Assembly: GCF_006345805.1 (NCBI RefSeq)
Contig: NC_043002.1
Coordinates: forward strand, 112,034,001-112,098,000
Reading direction: 5' to 3'
DNA: 64,000 bases
Source: Octopus sinensis
Taxonomy: Eukaryota
In this document: piece after piece, positions 1 to 12,679 of the stretch
Position numbering within the stretch: position 1 is the stretch's first letter
How the letters are laid out: every line of letters begins with the position of its first letter
Notes under the pieces: model-generated
Database searches by the model: none
The model's input: only the letters and a program-made list of their open reading frames with translations
Told to the model about the DNA's origin: nothing
Position numbers and translations under genes: made by a program

Positions 1-1620
1 TTCTCCCTACGAAACACCAACTCGCATGTTCTATCTCTCTGAAGCTTAAGCCCCAGTGCAGCTCCTCCAGCCATTGGCTCCGGTGGCTTCGCAATCAGCC
101 CTAATTTCTTCAGATGTCTCACAACCTCTGTGGTAGGCATTACGGTCTCATCCACTAGGATGCCATCTATGTAGGAATTGGTGGCCCTTCTTATCTTTTC
201 CCAGGATGGATTTGAGCAATGTCGCCATGATCTTCGACGCAGAATTCAGCCCAAAACCCAGCCTTGTCAGACAATATGTCCGGCCCTTGTGTCGCACCAG
301 TTTGTACCGCCACAGTTTGTCGATCACATGGAGCTGCAAATATGCCGACTTCAAGTCAACCATTGTCACTGCCTTAGTCGACTTCCTCCATAAATGCGGC
401 GTCCCATCGCAGACGTCGGTCGCCTCACCACCTATGTGGCTCGATACACGGCCGTTCATCGCCCGAAAGTCCAGTACCGATATAATTTTGCCCTTGTTGA
501 CTGCACCACTGCCATTAGATGTAACACTCCGCTCACCACCTCCTCTCTCCACAAAATAAAGACACCTTCCTTAGTCCACTTCTCTACCTTTTCTTCAAAC
601 TCGCTCTTGGCGTGTCCTTTCAGGGTATGGTGGAAGCAGCTCACCTTGTTCTTCAGTGTTGGGATCCCTCTTTCCAGCGCCACTCTATCGTCCATCGCTG
701 ACCATCGAACGTCGCCCGAAAATCCTTGTCTTCAATGGCGTAGGCAGTGCAGCTCCTCGTGGGGCTCTGCTCCCGCTCACAATCTTGACTCACGGCGCAC
801 GACACCTCCACGGCACCAGACGAAACCACGTCTCCTCCACTACTGACATATCCGAAGCGGTCGATCGCGTCAATCCCCATCACCCCGTCAATCCCGTATA
901 GCACGGGGGCGATCACGATCGCCCGAAGCCTTAGCGTTATGCCTCTCACCGCTATATCCACATCGTTGCTACCCTTGCATTCTATTTCGCTGCCGTCGAC
1001 AGCCCGAACGCTACTCGTCCCCTTTCGTTTCTTTATCCTACTCGGGGTCACGAGAACCATCGTGCAGCCCGTGTCCACGAGGGCCTTGAACGGGTTTCCC
1101 CACACCACGACCTCAACTACAAGCAACGATTTCACCAACGCTTCTACTCGTTCGCGGTTTGAAAGGCAACAACTTCCCCGAGGCCTTTTCCCTGGCTACA
1201 ATCTCCCTGGCTACAGTTTGTTTGCACCAGTAGCAAACCGGTCCGGGCTCCGCGCAATCCATCGACATGTGCGGTCCTTGGCACTTAAAACACCGGCATG
1301 TTAACGGCCGCTGTCGATCCACAGCCTCTTTTCGTCTTTCACTGTTTTGTGTCAACACGCATGCTTGAACAATGAGCTCGCTCATCACCATTTTGTTGCC
1401 GCCTGGCAACTGTTGTAGTCGCACCGACACGTCGTCGGGAAAGTCATTCACAAAGACCAGTCGCGCTACTTTCTCAAGTCCCTCACCGGTGAGACCAGAC
1501 AACACAACCAGTCACCGTACCTCTGCTGCATATTCGTCGACCTGTTCTTCTCTCCATCTGATTGCTCCCAGTCTGTTCTCGGTCCCATATTCCCTGCAGC
1601 TCTTGCAACTGCCACCAGCG
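1..1620 (-). mobile_element. Decayed Ty3/Gypsy LTR retrotransposon gag-protease-RT, continues beyond the left edge
   Basis: Zinc knuckle CFKCQGPHMSMDC (1113..1505 ORF), aspartic protease ALVDTGC (653..1138 ORF), RT motifs VLDFRAMN / VDLKSAYLQL / YCLTRLGFGLNSA (148..552 ORF). Split by frameshifts; the YxDD position reads YIDG. Confidence 0.92.
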
Positions 1621-1948
1621 TGAATCAATATTATCGTTAAAGGCACGAAATTGCGTTAGACCAACTGGTTGATAACTGATGAGGAATTAGAGACCTTCTG
1701 TGCTTGTTTTCCGTTCGTCTGAGCATTTACTATATGTTTTATAAATTGTCATTCTGAGTCACTTTTTCGTTTGTGCCTTTACTATACATTTTTTAACTTA
1801 CTGATTAACGGAACGCAAAGAACCCTTAATTTTATTCACAGTATATATATATGAGTGTGTGTGTGTCTGTGTGTGTATGCATGTGTGTATATATGTACAT
1901 ATATGAATATATATACAAATATATATATACACTTAATTATAAAGTAGC

Positions 1949-2074
1949 AAAAATATCACAAAAACTGTTACTCAGAGTTTAACGTTCCCGATCGTCGGAC
2001 AGTTTTGTTTCTAAACAAAACTGTCCGACGAACGGGAACGTTAAACTCTGAGTAACAATTTTTGTGATATTTTT
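1949..2074. repeat. Near-perfect palindrome (62-bp arms, 2-nt loop) with hammerhead-like motif in each arm
   Basis: Arms 1949..2010 and 2013..2074 are reverse complements with 2 mismatches. Confidence 0.95.
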
Positions 2075-2162
2075 TCTGCTTTTTAATAAAGCATATTACT
2101 CTACCTTTTGTATTCGAGTACTTTTCTTTCCACCTTGTTTAGCATTTATATAAATATATATA

Positions 2163-2215
<53 letters not shown>

Positions 2216-2769
2216 ATACATACTTACACACACACGCACACATGTTCACGCATACATATCTGTGTATGTATGTGTTTTCAAGTAATTATCAATGACTGTT
2301 TGATCTAAGGGTGTTACTTCTCTGTTACAAAACTCTCATATAAATCATCTGGGGAATTTGTAGTCCTACAATGATGTATTGTTGTCTGGAAATATTTAGC
2401 TTTAGTTAAGTCTTTACCTGAACTAAATAAAATATGCATAAAAGATACGAATTCCTTAAATGAATTCGCTGTGTAAAGAAATACAATTTAAAAGTCAAAT
2501 TGTTGCCAAATTCGAACAAAGGATTTACTATACTATATCAATGCGACAGTGGACCAAATATTTAGCAAGCTTGAGACCAGAAGTGACCCGGATTTCTGGA
2601 TTTTCCGGTCTTCTGGAGAGAGCCTAAATATATAAGCAATGAAAAGCAAAGAACCAAATTCTATTTAATAGATTCAAATAACTAAGCTTCTAAACTATGG
2701 TCTGTTTGACATTTATTTATCCACTTAAAATACTTAAGATTTATCATACTGCACCATGATGTCTTGCAA

Positions 2770-3295
2770 ACAACTTGCACATGCAAGTGCTACAAGTTAA
2801 AAGCTCCGTATACCGGAAGCTAGCAAGTGTATGGGGTCATCAGGAGAGAATACGCGCCGTTTCGGGGCCTACCTCTCGACGGCATCAATGCACACCGGCC
2901 CCCCTCACTGATATGAGGCCCCGCTTGCTAGATCAGCTGGTTATGAAGAACTCAATATACTTCTAGCCATCTCTCATCGTCTCTTTTTAACCAAATCCAG
3001 TGGCTAACCTTCTCCACTGTAGATTGGATATCAGTCATGGTGGTATTGACTTTACGATGAGTTAGGCCTAGCGATAACAACAGTCGTCTCACGCTGTGTC
3101 CAATAAACCCTCTACATCCGATTTCGATAGGAAAATGTTCCGCTTTCCAGCCTGCGTCTTCACATTCCTCGAGGAGGTTTTCATAACGGTTCAATTTTCG
3201 AGCCCGAGCGGCGTCTATATTATCTTCATGAGGAACCGTTAGCTCGACTAAATTTACAACTTTCTTTCTTTCACACCACATCAAAATGTCTGTAC
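2770..3295 (-). mobile_element. 5'-truncated RLE-type non-LTR retrotransposon 3' end (Hero-like) with 3' UTR
   Basis: ORF 2952..3284: DILMW..ELTVPHEDN..KLNRY..PIEIGCRGF..SHWIWLKR, typical of the restriction-like endonuclease C-terminus. Confidence 0.85.
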
Positions 3296-3574
3296 ACTGG
3301 TTATAGGATGAAAATTAAACGCAAAAACTTAAATAACATTATTTTATTTAACAGATATCGGTACAAATTATTAGAACACTTGTCAAACAGAATATTTTTG
3401 ATCTTTATCAATTCAAATCAAAAAGAGTAAACAAAACTATTTTTAACGCACTGAATGTAAATTAACCAATTTCGAAAACAGTCTGTTAAGCTAATACGGG
3501 ATACAATATGTTGAACGATAATCTACTGTATTCACGGATTTCTTGGAGCCGGCTAAGAGGTCCGGTGCTGTATT

Positions 3575-3618
3575 ATGGAAGCACTCCGTCGGTTACGACG
3601 ATGAGGGTTCCGGTTGAT
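3575..3618 (-). mobile_element. SINE family C, 3'-tail stub
   Basis: atggaagcactccgtcggttacgacgatgagggttccggttgatc matches the end of the five long copies. Confidence 0.85.
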
Positions 3619-4085
3619 CACTCTTTCAATCTCTATGTCACTCTCTTCCTCTGCACTCTCTCTCCCCTCTCTCTCCCTCTCTCTGTTTTCTTTATTGCGC
3701 TGTGAGGAAGACGTGAATGATGTGAGTATTCGAATAGATAAATATTACTCAATCTTTTGAGATATTGGTAAACAGATGTATTCGTATGATGCTACTCTGA
3801 GTTCTCCCTTTTGTGCGGTATGTGTATAAATAAATATATATGTACATGATGATTGCTTCATGTTGTCAGATGATATCCGTCTCACATTCAGCTTTATTGA
3901 TCTGATTTGCTGCCATCCTTGGCTGTGCGAGGATATGACTTTTCAGAAATGTCAAACATTTGTACGCCATTGGATTTAAGCAACAAAAGTTGGTCCAATA
4001 CTTTTGTCACTCTCTCGGTCGCCATAGTAAGTGCCATAAACAAGCATTGCGACATGACTATTTTGACTGCAAGTTTTATGCTAGA

Positions 4086-4485
4086 CTAACAGTATCGCCC
4101 GGCGTTGCTCGGGTTTGTAAGGGAAATAACTATATAAGCATTTTTAGAGATGTAAAGTATAATAGCCATCTCAATATGGCTAACCACAAAGGGGGCGTGT
4201 TACTGTAGCTTTTTACGTTCTGAGATTTAATAATACATTTTTAGAGAGTTACTTCCCTTATATAATAGCAAAAAAAAATGCATTAAAAATGGGAAAAAAT
4301 GATGGTAATTTTTTTTTAAATCGTAGACTCATCGTAGACGCGCGCTAATACCCAGAAGGGCTCGATATGAATCACGACTATAAGATACCCGGTTTTGGTT
4401 AAACTGCACCGCAAAATGTGGGAGTAGTTAGGAATCTAAATCGTAGGAGACAGACAGCACACAACCTCTCTTTTATATATAAAGA
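4086..4485 (-). mobile_element. Non-autonomous Helitron, copy 1
   Basis: On the minus strand starts TCTTTATATATAAAA and has the CCCGAGCAACGCCGGG hairpin near the end; terminal CTAG decayed to TTAG. Homologous to five other copies. Confidence 0.9.
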
Positions 4486-4750
4486 TTATCTAGAAGAGCT
4501 GACTTCCACACAGTTTTGTCAAAAATAGCGAGGGCTTCGTCGGCTCTTAGGAAATCTACTTAACCCAAAGATGGGACCCTGGCAGCTACGACTGTTCTGG
4601 GTCAGAACGGACCTGGGAGTAATTGTAATTAAGAGGTGACTCCACGGTCTCCACAACTCCAGAACTCCTGAAATGGAACCTCACCACCGAATGCAGTTTA
4701 ACGTCAAACCCAGGACAAATATGTATGTATACTATACACTAATGTGTGTG

Positions 4751-4791
<41 letters not shown>

Positions 4792-5139
4792 TGATGCTAA
4801 TAATTCCCATGGGACTTGTAGGTTTTAATGTCTCGGATTACTCAGCAGTATTTCACCATAGTACGTTACAACTGTTGGTTTTAGTTGAAAGTATTTAAAA
4901 AATGTTATACAGGATGGATGATACGCGTGTTTTTAGACGCTTATGTGTCCTATAGTTACCTACAAATAATCGAGTTTATAGACGTGTCTATTTAGTGAAA
5001 AGGATGATGTTCCAGCCCTCACGTAGTCGTTGCAGTCTCTTACCACTGGCACCTTACTGTCTTGATAGTTCTTTAACAAAAATGAGCTTCAGCTAAGGGA
5101 AATATCCCAGGGTGACCATGTACTACAACACAGACAAGT

Positions 5140-5815
5140 ACACGTATATCAAATAACGTACAACATGAATTTTTGTTCCGTTCAAATTTATTCCGCCTCT
5201 AGAAGATATATCATTGTTGCCAAGGGGCAGTTAAGACAAGCTCCATTTGAGAATTCTCCAAAGATGCGATGCTATTGTTTAATAGAAGCACTCCGTCGGT
5301 TACAACGACGAGGGTTCCGGTTGATCCGAATCAACGGAACAGCTTGCCCGTGGAATTAACGTGCAAGTGGCTGAGCACTCCACAGACACATGTACCCTTA
5401 ACGTAGTTCTCGGGGATATTCAGCGTGACACAAAGTGTGACAAGGCCGGCCCTTTGAAATACAGGTACAACAGAAACAGGAAGAAAGAGTGAGAGAAAGT
5501 TGTGGTGAAAGAGTACAGCAGGGTTCACCACCACCCCCTGCAAGAGCCTTGTGAAGCTTTAGGTGTTTTCGCTCAATAAACACACACAATGCCCGGTCTG
5601 GGATTCGAAACCGCGATCCTACGACCGCGAGTCCGCTGCCCTATCCACTGGGCCATTGCGCCTCCAAGACATAGACACGTATATCAAATAATGTACAACA
5701 TGAATTTTTGTTCTATTCAAATTTATTCCGCCTCTAGAAGATATATCATTGTTACCAAGGGGCAATTAAGACAAGCTCCACTTGAGAATTCTCCAAAGAT
5801 GCGATGCTATTGTTT
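5140..5815 (+). repeat. 141-bp direct repeats (5140..5280 and 5675..5815) flanking the SINE
   Basis: acacgtatatcaaata...gatgctattgttt on both sides, about 6 substitutions. Confidence 0.93.
5285..5666 (-). mobile_element. tRNA-derived SINE family C (tRNA-Arg-like head)
   Basis: Minus-strand head with A box TGGCCCAGTGG, B-box-like motif and TCG in the anticodon-like loop; five ~385-bp copies in the window. Confidence 0.92.
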
Positions 5816-6448
5816 GGCGATAAGAAGACACGTGTTTCTAGCTCAATGGCCGTCATAGCGTCAATTGTCCGAATTTGTCTCCAGTAGCCGAGAGACTTAA
5901 ACTTATGCAAAAAAGAAAAAAAACAGAATCCTTGAGTTTTGTGGTTATCTCACCTTATCAAGTAACCCTCGACTTAACTGCTATTTGGTAATTTTGATAC
6001 ATCCTAGAGGCTCAGATAATTTTAATAACTCAAGAATTTATGTTGTATAGTTCTTTAACAACCAGCTATATAGGCAGTGAAATGATTCTGTTACTTGGCT
6101 ATTAAAACTGGGACAGTTCATTTCAAATAATGGCAAAACACTGTCAATTATCTACCATAATATTCAACAAAGTTTTCTGGTTTGTGTAGAGTAAACACTA
6201 GAGACGACACTGAGGCGTTGATTGTTTTACAGGAGTTAAAATAGTGTAAACTATAATTTTATTTGCATTGCATTCCCTGTTTTCGGTGTATATAAATGTC
6301 ATACAGTCATATGTCAGAAATGTTAGTATAAAATACAGATGCTTTCTTTAATTTTTAAACTTGGTCTTGTTGTTGAAGATTATTCGTATGACTGCATCAT
6401 GATTAGTTACATCGATCACAAGTCGTGTCTATACTATGGTACAGTATA

Positions 6449-6660
6449 GAAATGTTAGCATGTCGGGCGAAATGCGTAGCCGTATTTCGTCTGCCGTTAC
6501 GTTCTGAGTTCAAATTCCACCGAGGTCGACTTTACCTTTCATCCTTTCGGGGTCGATAAATTAAGTACCAGTTACGCACTGGGGTCGATGTAATCGACTT
6601 AATCCGTTTGTCCTTGTTTGTCCCCTCTATGTTTAGCCCCTTGTGGGTAGTAAAGAAATA
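6449..6660 (+). mobile_element. tRNA-derived SINE family A with 17-bp TSD
   Basis: B box GAGTTCAAATTCC; core gaggtcgactttacctttcatcctttcggggtcgataaattaagtacc (resembles the Meta/Sauria-SINE core); TSD tatactatggtacagta. Confidence 0.93.
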
Positions 6661-6769
6661 TATACTATGGTACAGTAACTTATTTGATTACACCTGTAGT
6701 TCCATGCTATTTGTGTATTAGAAATATCACTTACTGAATAAAAACATGTTACAGAAGTAAAATGCTTAG

Positions 6770-6945
6770 AAGCTTTTTTTCCGGCTCTTTACGTTCTAAG
6801 TTTAAATGCCACCAAGGTGGACTTTACCTTTCATCCTTTTTGGATCAATAAAATAAATACCAGTTTAGCACTGGGGTTGAGGTAATTGACTTACTCCCTC
6901 ATTGAAATTGCTGACCTTGTCCCAAAATTTGAAACCAACATATAA
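6770..6945 (+). mobile_element. Older SINE A-related copy with a different 3' tail
   Basis: Shares ...gactttacctttcatcc...taccag..cactgggg..gactt core, ends ccttgtcccaaaatttgaaacca. Confidence 0.65.
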
Positions 6946-7599
6946 TTTTCAATATTTTAAATAGTTTAAATTCAAAATAAGAATAAAGATTTAAATCTTA
7001 GTATATTTCAATAAAATTATTACTACATTCATCATATATTAAAATCCTTCAAATGTACATCCTCATCATGTGACATCAGCAGTTTTTGAAGTACATTCTA
7101 AGATGGAGTTAACAGCGAATCATGGGAAAGACTAGCTTTCGAATCATTTGAAAAAATTTCGACTTCTCATCTTTCAAAGCCAGTCAACAGGCCTCTATCA
7201 TCATACATTATCAATCCATCGATTTTTTTCCCCTTAGCTTTCGTAGACGAGAACAAAAAGAACTGAGGACTTGATTTTATGTATCATTTTCCTTTTGAAA
7301 ATTATTATTAGGTGAAATTTGTTTCCATCTACTATGCTTGAAACTCCTTACTGCTTAATAGAAAGTTCTATTCCCAATAGCTTATTATGATGCATCACCA
7401 TCACTTCCATCAGATTTACTCTTTAGAGGCATGGTCGCAAAGGTAAACCCAAGAAAGAAACTTAAATGATGGAAATCAATAATTTTAACGTGAAAATCTA
7501 CTGGCAAATTCTGTGCAGTTTTTTGATACTTTATTACACACATGTGAGTGAGAACACTTTGAGATATTTTTGGTATCTAACATATGTCAGATACTGCGA

Positions 7600-7922
7600 G
7601 CGCTGCTTCTGATTGGTCAATCCATGGTGATGACCCGAGGTCACGGTGACGGCGCTGCTTCTGATTGGTCAATTCATGGTGATGACCCGAGGTCACGGTT
7701 CATAAGTTAGAACTAGACGTGAAGAATTTAGTTATTGGGTTAATAAAATATGGTCGTTTATTCGTGTGTAATAAATAAAATACCAAACTCATCCCCTATG
7801 GATACCGTATTTATTACAACTCGTGGCTTGTAAACGTATCTAACTCGCTTTCGCTCGTTAGATACGTTTACAAGCCACTCGTTGTAATAAATACGGTATC
7901 CATAGGGAACTCGTTTGGTATT
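7600..7922. repeat. Unclassified element: 52-bp tandem duplication (7600..7699) plus 144-bp hairpin (7779..7922)
   Basis: gcgctgcttctgattggtcaa..gaggtcacggt twice; long inverted arms around the loop tcgctttcgctc. Confidence 0.85.
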
Positions 7923-8635
7923 CTCTATGTATTAAATCCTTTTATAATAGAACGACTATACTATGAAGTTAGAATTAGAGTTAAGACAAGCTTCAGCTCA
8001 CTTACATGCGAAAATGCAAGCCTTGTTTCTTGATACGGCGTCTCTTTTTCGGCGCCACTCATGGAACATGTCCGCTACATGCATCCTTAGATCGGTCAGA
8101 GTATATTGTTTACTCCCATTACATATTCTGTCACGTGTATACTCCTTAGTAAATTTACTTTTAGTATCCAAGTTTACTTCTCTGATACACCGTATTATTT
8201 TCTTGCAGTGCAGTTTGCAGGTCTTACATACTACCAGTTTCAGTAAATAACTAGCTTCATTTTCCCTCGTTTATTAACTGGAGCCATGACGGAGTTTGAC
8301 TGTAGTTGGAGATTATTATTTCACCCAAACATAGTGCAATAGAGAGACTAACAATTTGAGCCTTTCCAAGAAACCTTGTTTTTGAAATGTTTAAATATAT
8401 TAACTACAAGATTGTCCTCAGGGATACAAACTGGTCACTAGGAGTTTTGTCGATAATCTGAGTACAAACTACCGATATATTTAATTACATTCTTGTAAGC
8501 CGCCTTTGCCATAAAAACCCGCGACTGGCTAAGCAACCTGGCAAAGCTGTGTGAGAAGGCAGAGTAAACAGAACGCGCCATAGAACCTGGCTATTGTTTA
8601 CAGTTCGTCAGTTGTTGAAAATGGTCGCCGGTATA

Positions 8636-9031
8636 TCTTTATATATAAAAGTGAGGTTGTGTGCTGTCTGTCTCCTACGATTTAGATTCCTAACTACTCC
8701 CACATTTTGCGGTGCAGTTTAACCAAAACCGGGTATCTTATAGTCGTGATTCATATCAAGCCCTTCTGGGTATTAGCGCGCGTCTACGATGAGTCTACGA
8801 TTTTTAAAATAATTTACCATCATTTTTTTCCATTTTAATGCATATTTTTTAAATATAAGGGAAGTAACTCTCTAAAAATGTCTACGATGAGTCAACGATT
8901 TAAAAAAAATTTACCATCATTTTTTTTCCATTTTAATGCATTTTTTTGCTATTTTTTGGCTATAACTCTCTAAAAATGCTAATATAGTTATTTCCCTTAC
9001 AAATCCGAGCAACGCCGGGCGATACTGCTAG
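8636..9031 (+). mobile_element. Non-autonomous Helitron, copy 2
   Basis: A|TCTTTATATATAAAA ... hairpin ... CTAG|T, no TSD. Confidence 0.93.
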
Positions 9032-9317
9032 TATCAGCTAAATTTGTTGTGGTGTAGTTTCAGTTAGGCTTGACAGGTTTATAAATTACTTTCATTGTTA
9101 TTGTGTACGGGCAGAATCCTTAGATGGTCGGAAAATTTGCTTTGCAATATTTGTCCTGGATCTTTACATTCTGATTTCAAGCGCCATCGAGGTAAATGTT
9201 GCCTTTCATCCTATCGGAGCCGATCAAATAAAGTACCATTCAAATAATGGGATCATCAGAAACATTGACTAAATCCTGCATCTCCAACATGGTGGCCGGT
9301 GCCTAAATTAAAGACAA

Positions 9318-9730
9318 CAGGAATGGCTGTGTGGTAAGTAGCTTGCTAACCAACCACATGGTTCCGGGTTCAGTTCCACTGCGTGGCATCTTGGGCAAGT
9401 GTCTTCTGCTATAGCCCCGGGTCGACCAATGGCTTGTGAGTGGATTTGGTAGACGGAAACTGAAAGAAGCCCAACGTATGTATGTATATATATATAAGTG
9501 TGTGTGTTTATGTTTGTGTGTCTGTGTTTGTCCCCCTAGCATTGCTTGACAACCGATCCTGGTGTGTTTACGTCCCCGTCACTTAGCGGTTCGGCAAAAG
9601 AGACCGATAGAATAAGTACTGGGCTCACAAGGAATAAGTCCCGGGGTCGATTTGCTCGACTAAAGGCGGTGCTCCAGCATGGCCGCAGTCAAATGACTGA
9701 AACAAGTAAAAGAGTAAAAGAGTAAAAGAG
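9318..9730 (+). mobile_element. tRNA-derived bipartite SINE family B (CORE-like, internal microsatellite)
   Basis: A box TGGCTGTGTGG, B box GGTTCAGTTCC, CORE-like cttgggcaagtgtctt, internal (TA)(TG), tail (GTAAAAGA)n. Confidence 0.93.
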
Positions 9731-10040
9731 TATTCCAACATAACGTTATTATTGATCCAACATTCCAAACACAGAGATAGCTCTCAGTCGAAACTATTGA
9801 GCGATAGGACCTTAGGTAATATTTGAAGTTTTGATGTTGTTCACTATCTCAATGGGTGGCAATTTAGACAAGGAGAATTAAGGTGTTAAAGACTACACCT
9901 GTTTTGGGGCGATATTAAAAAAAAGATTATTATATTTGGTCTCAAACGTTGATATACGTAATATTCATCTCTTCGTATTTTCTATGCACTGCTCTGTATA
10001 TAATTTATGTGTTGTATGTATGTGTATATATATATGTATA

Positions 10041-10100
<60 letters not shown>

Positions 10101-10156
10101 CTATCTATACATACATGTATATTTATATATATATGGGTATATATATATATGGGTAT

Positions 10157-10490
10157 ATATATATATATATATATATCTTCTTCCCTTCTTTCCTGAGCGT
10201 CCAATAATACTTTATTTGTTCCACATCGTGGCGTTGTTGTTTTTTTGTTTTCTTGTTTGGATTAACTTTATATATATATATATAACGGGAAGCTTTATGA
10301 AAATAAACAAAAGACGAAGGCAGGTGGAGTACAAACAAACAATTGTATTAGTATGGCGCTCAGGAATATAAATAAAACAAGTCTTTTACGTTTCGAGCCT
10401 ACGCTCTTCAACAGAAAGATACACAGAAAAGAACACGAGAGAAACAAGGAGAGAAAAAAATGTGTGCAGAAGCTACCGAATCAACATGGA
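10157..10490. mobile_element. Two PLE terminal-repeat (pLTR)-like fragments; hammerhead-like motif at 10381..10420 (-)
   Basis: 10282..10490 recurs at 20792, 21735, 53630 and 56040; 10157..10270 is related to 55190..55372. Confidence 0.7.
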
Positions 10491-10525
<35 letters not shown>

Positions 10526-10931
10526 ATAAATGTATACGTACATGGCGGCACGCACACGAATAAATGTATATATATTGCTGTATGTGTATATAGGCTAGAG
10601 ATTATTCAGGAAGTAAAGACAGGATGTAAACAACAAATGTGTGCTATAACCAACCTTCCATAAAAACAACTTGAACCCCACCCACCGAAACCCTACACAG
10701 CTGGAGATGAAAATAGCGAGCTAACATACACGTGATTGACCCTTAACAAGTTAGTTTTACAACTCAAGTATCCATAACCAAGGACTCTCCTTCACCGCAT
10801 TGTCAAACCTTTTAGGAGTTTTTCTGTTATTTATACAAGGTGCAGGTATGTATGTATGTATGTATGTATGTATGTATGTATTTGTGTGTGTATGTATATT
10901 GTGTGTGTATGTATGTTGTGTGTGTGTGTGA

Positions 10932-10983
<52 letters not shown>

Positions 10984-11170
10984 GTATACATACTTATACA
11001 CGCTTATAAACAAACAGAAAGCACACAAATATATATATATACATTTATACGTGTGCATGCAGCTATGTAGGTATACATTTATATATATGCAGATGTATGT
11101 GTGTGTGCTTGCGTTCTTGCATACGTGTGCGTGTGTGTTTGCGTGTGTGTGTGTGTGCGTGCGTGGTGTG

Positions 11171-11201
<31 letters not shown>

Positions 11202-11211
11202 TGTGTTCGTG

Positions 11212-11245
<34 letters not shown>

Positions 11246-11842
11246 GCTTATACTTCTTAATTTCTCTTTTTTGTCAAAACGTTATATCGAAAAAAACAAC
11301 GCCTTGTCATAATGGAAAGTGCTTTGCAGAGCAGTTTTAATAGTATTTTAATATTGGGAGAAGACTACATCAAAGACAGGCAACATTCGTAATTACTTTG
11401 TGATCGTTTTTAAAGAGACACTTTACAAACAAATTCGTTATTTATCTTCTTTTATTTTGTTTTTCTCTGTTTATTTTCCTTTCCCCTCCACTTTTACCTT
11501 GTTTGCTAACTCTTATTATTATAAGTTTCTCAAACCTTTCGTGTTTATTCTATTTTATTTTTGTATTTAGAGTTAAAATTAAAATCTTTGGATAAACATT
11601 TTTTGTTCTTTTGCCGGTGGTATGTGGGCTCTGACAGTTGGTAGAAGTGTGTCGTAGGATAACATAAGGACAACATATTTCAGTTTATACAAAAAAAAAA
11701 ACAGTGTGTCTATGAGAATGTGATCTTTCGATTTAGGAACATAAAATAGCTGACTGCTAAGTGATATAAGTCGAGGGAAAGCAAAATATGTATATCGCTT
11801 ACACACGCATACACACACACATACACACACACACACATACAC

Positions 11843-11875
<33 letters not shown>

Positions 11876-12067
11876 TACACACACACACAAGCACTCACAC
11901 ACGCGCACGCGCGCGCGTATATGGTTTATATGTATGCATGTATGTATGTATGTAAGTATGTATATATGTATGTATGTATGCATGTATGTATGTAAGTATG
12001 CATGTATGTATGTATGCATGTATGTACGTATATATATTTGTATGTATGTATGCATATGCACATATAC

Positions 12068-12418
12068 AGCTGTAGGGTAAGACGCTTGCTTCTGGGTTCA
12101 GTCCCACTGTGTGGCACCTTGGGCAAGTGTCTTCTACAATAGCCTCGAATGGACCAAAGCCTTGTGAGTGGATTTGGTAGACGGAAACTGAAGGAAGCCC
12201 TTCGTGTATGTGTGTGTGTGTGCGTGATATCACCGCTTGACAACTGGTGTTGGTGTGTTTAGGTTTCCCTAACTTAGCGGTTTGGCAAAAGAGTCCGATT
12301 GAATATGTTCTAAGCATAAAAATAAATCCTGGGGTCAATTTGTTCGACTAAAACCCGCCAAGGCGATGCTCCAGCAAAGCCGCAGTCAAATGACTGAAAC
12401 AAGTAAAACAATAAAAGA
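12068..12418 (+). mobile_element. SINE family B, diverged
   Basis: Same head, CORE-like and tail blocks as 9318..9730. Confidence 0.88.
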
Positions 12419-12499
12419 ATATACATAAATATTTCATACATGTAATTCATTTTATTCATAGGTATACATATATACAGAGAGAGAAAGAGAGAAAGAGAG

Positions 12500-12679
12500 A
12501 TCGAGCCCTTCTGGGTATTAGCGCGCGTCTACGATGAGTCTACGATAAAAAAAAAATTACCCTCATTTTTTTCCATTTTTAATGCATTTTTTGCTATTAT
12601 ATAAGGGAAGTAACTCTCTAAAAATGCTTATATAGTTATTTCCCTTACAAACCCGAGCAACGCCGGGTGATACTGCTAG
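12500..12679 (+). mobile_element. Non-autonomous Helitron, copy 3 (5'-truncated, short variant)
   Basis: 3' hairpin and CTAG|T intact; lacks the internal module. Confidence 0.9.

Noticed and set aside
2830-2885. GAAAC and CTGATGA motifs in the Hero-like 3' UTR
   Set aside because: The sequences flanking the cores (CCCC and CCCC) cannot form stem II and no stem I is evident.
5590-5666. tRNA-like cloverleafs at SINE heads
   Set aside because: They continue into SINE bodies and lack a complete acceptor stem, so they are not tRNA genes.
7980-8262. ~90-codon open frame on the minus strand with CxxC and a GTAAGT donor at 8005
   Set aside because: No recognisable family and no good acceptor; may be decayed transposon sequence.
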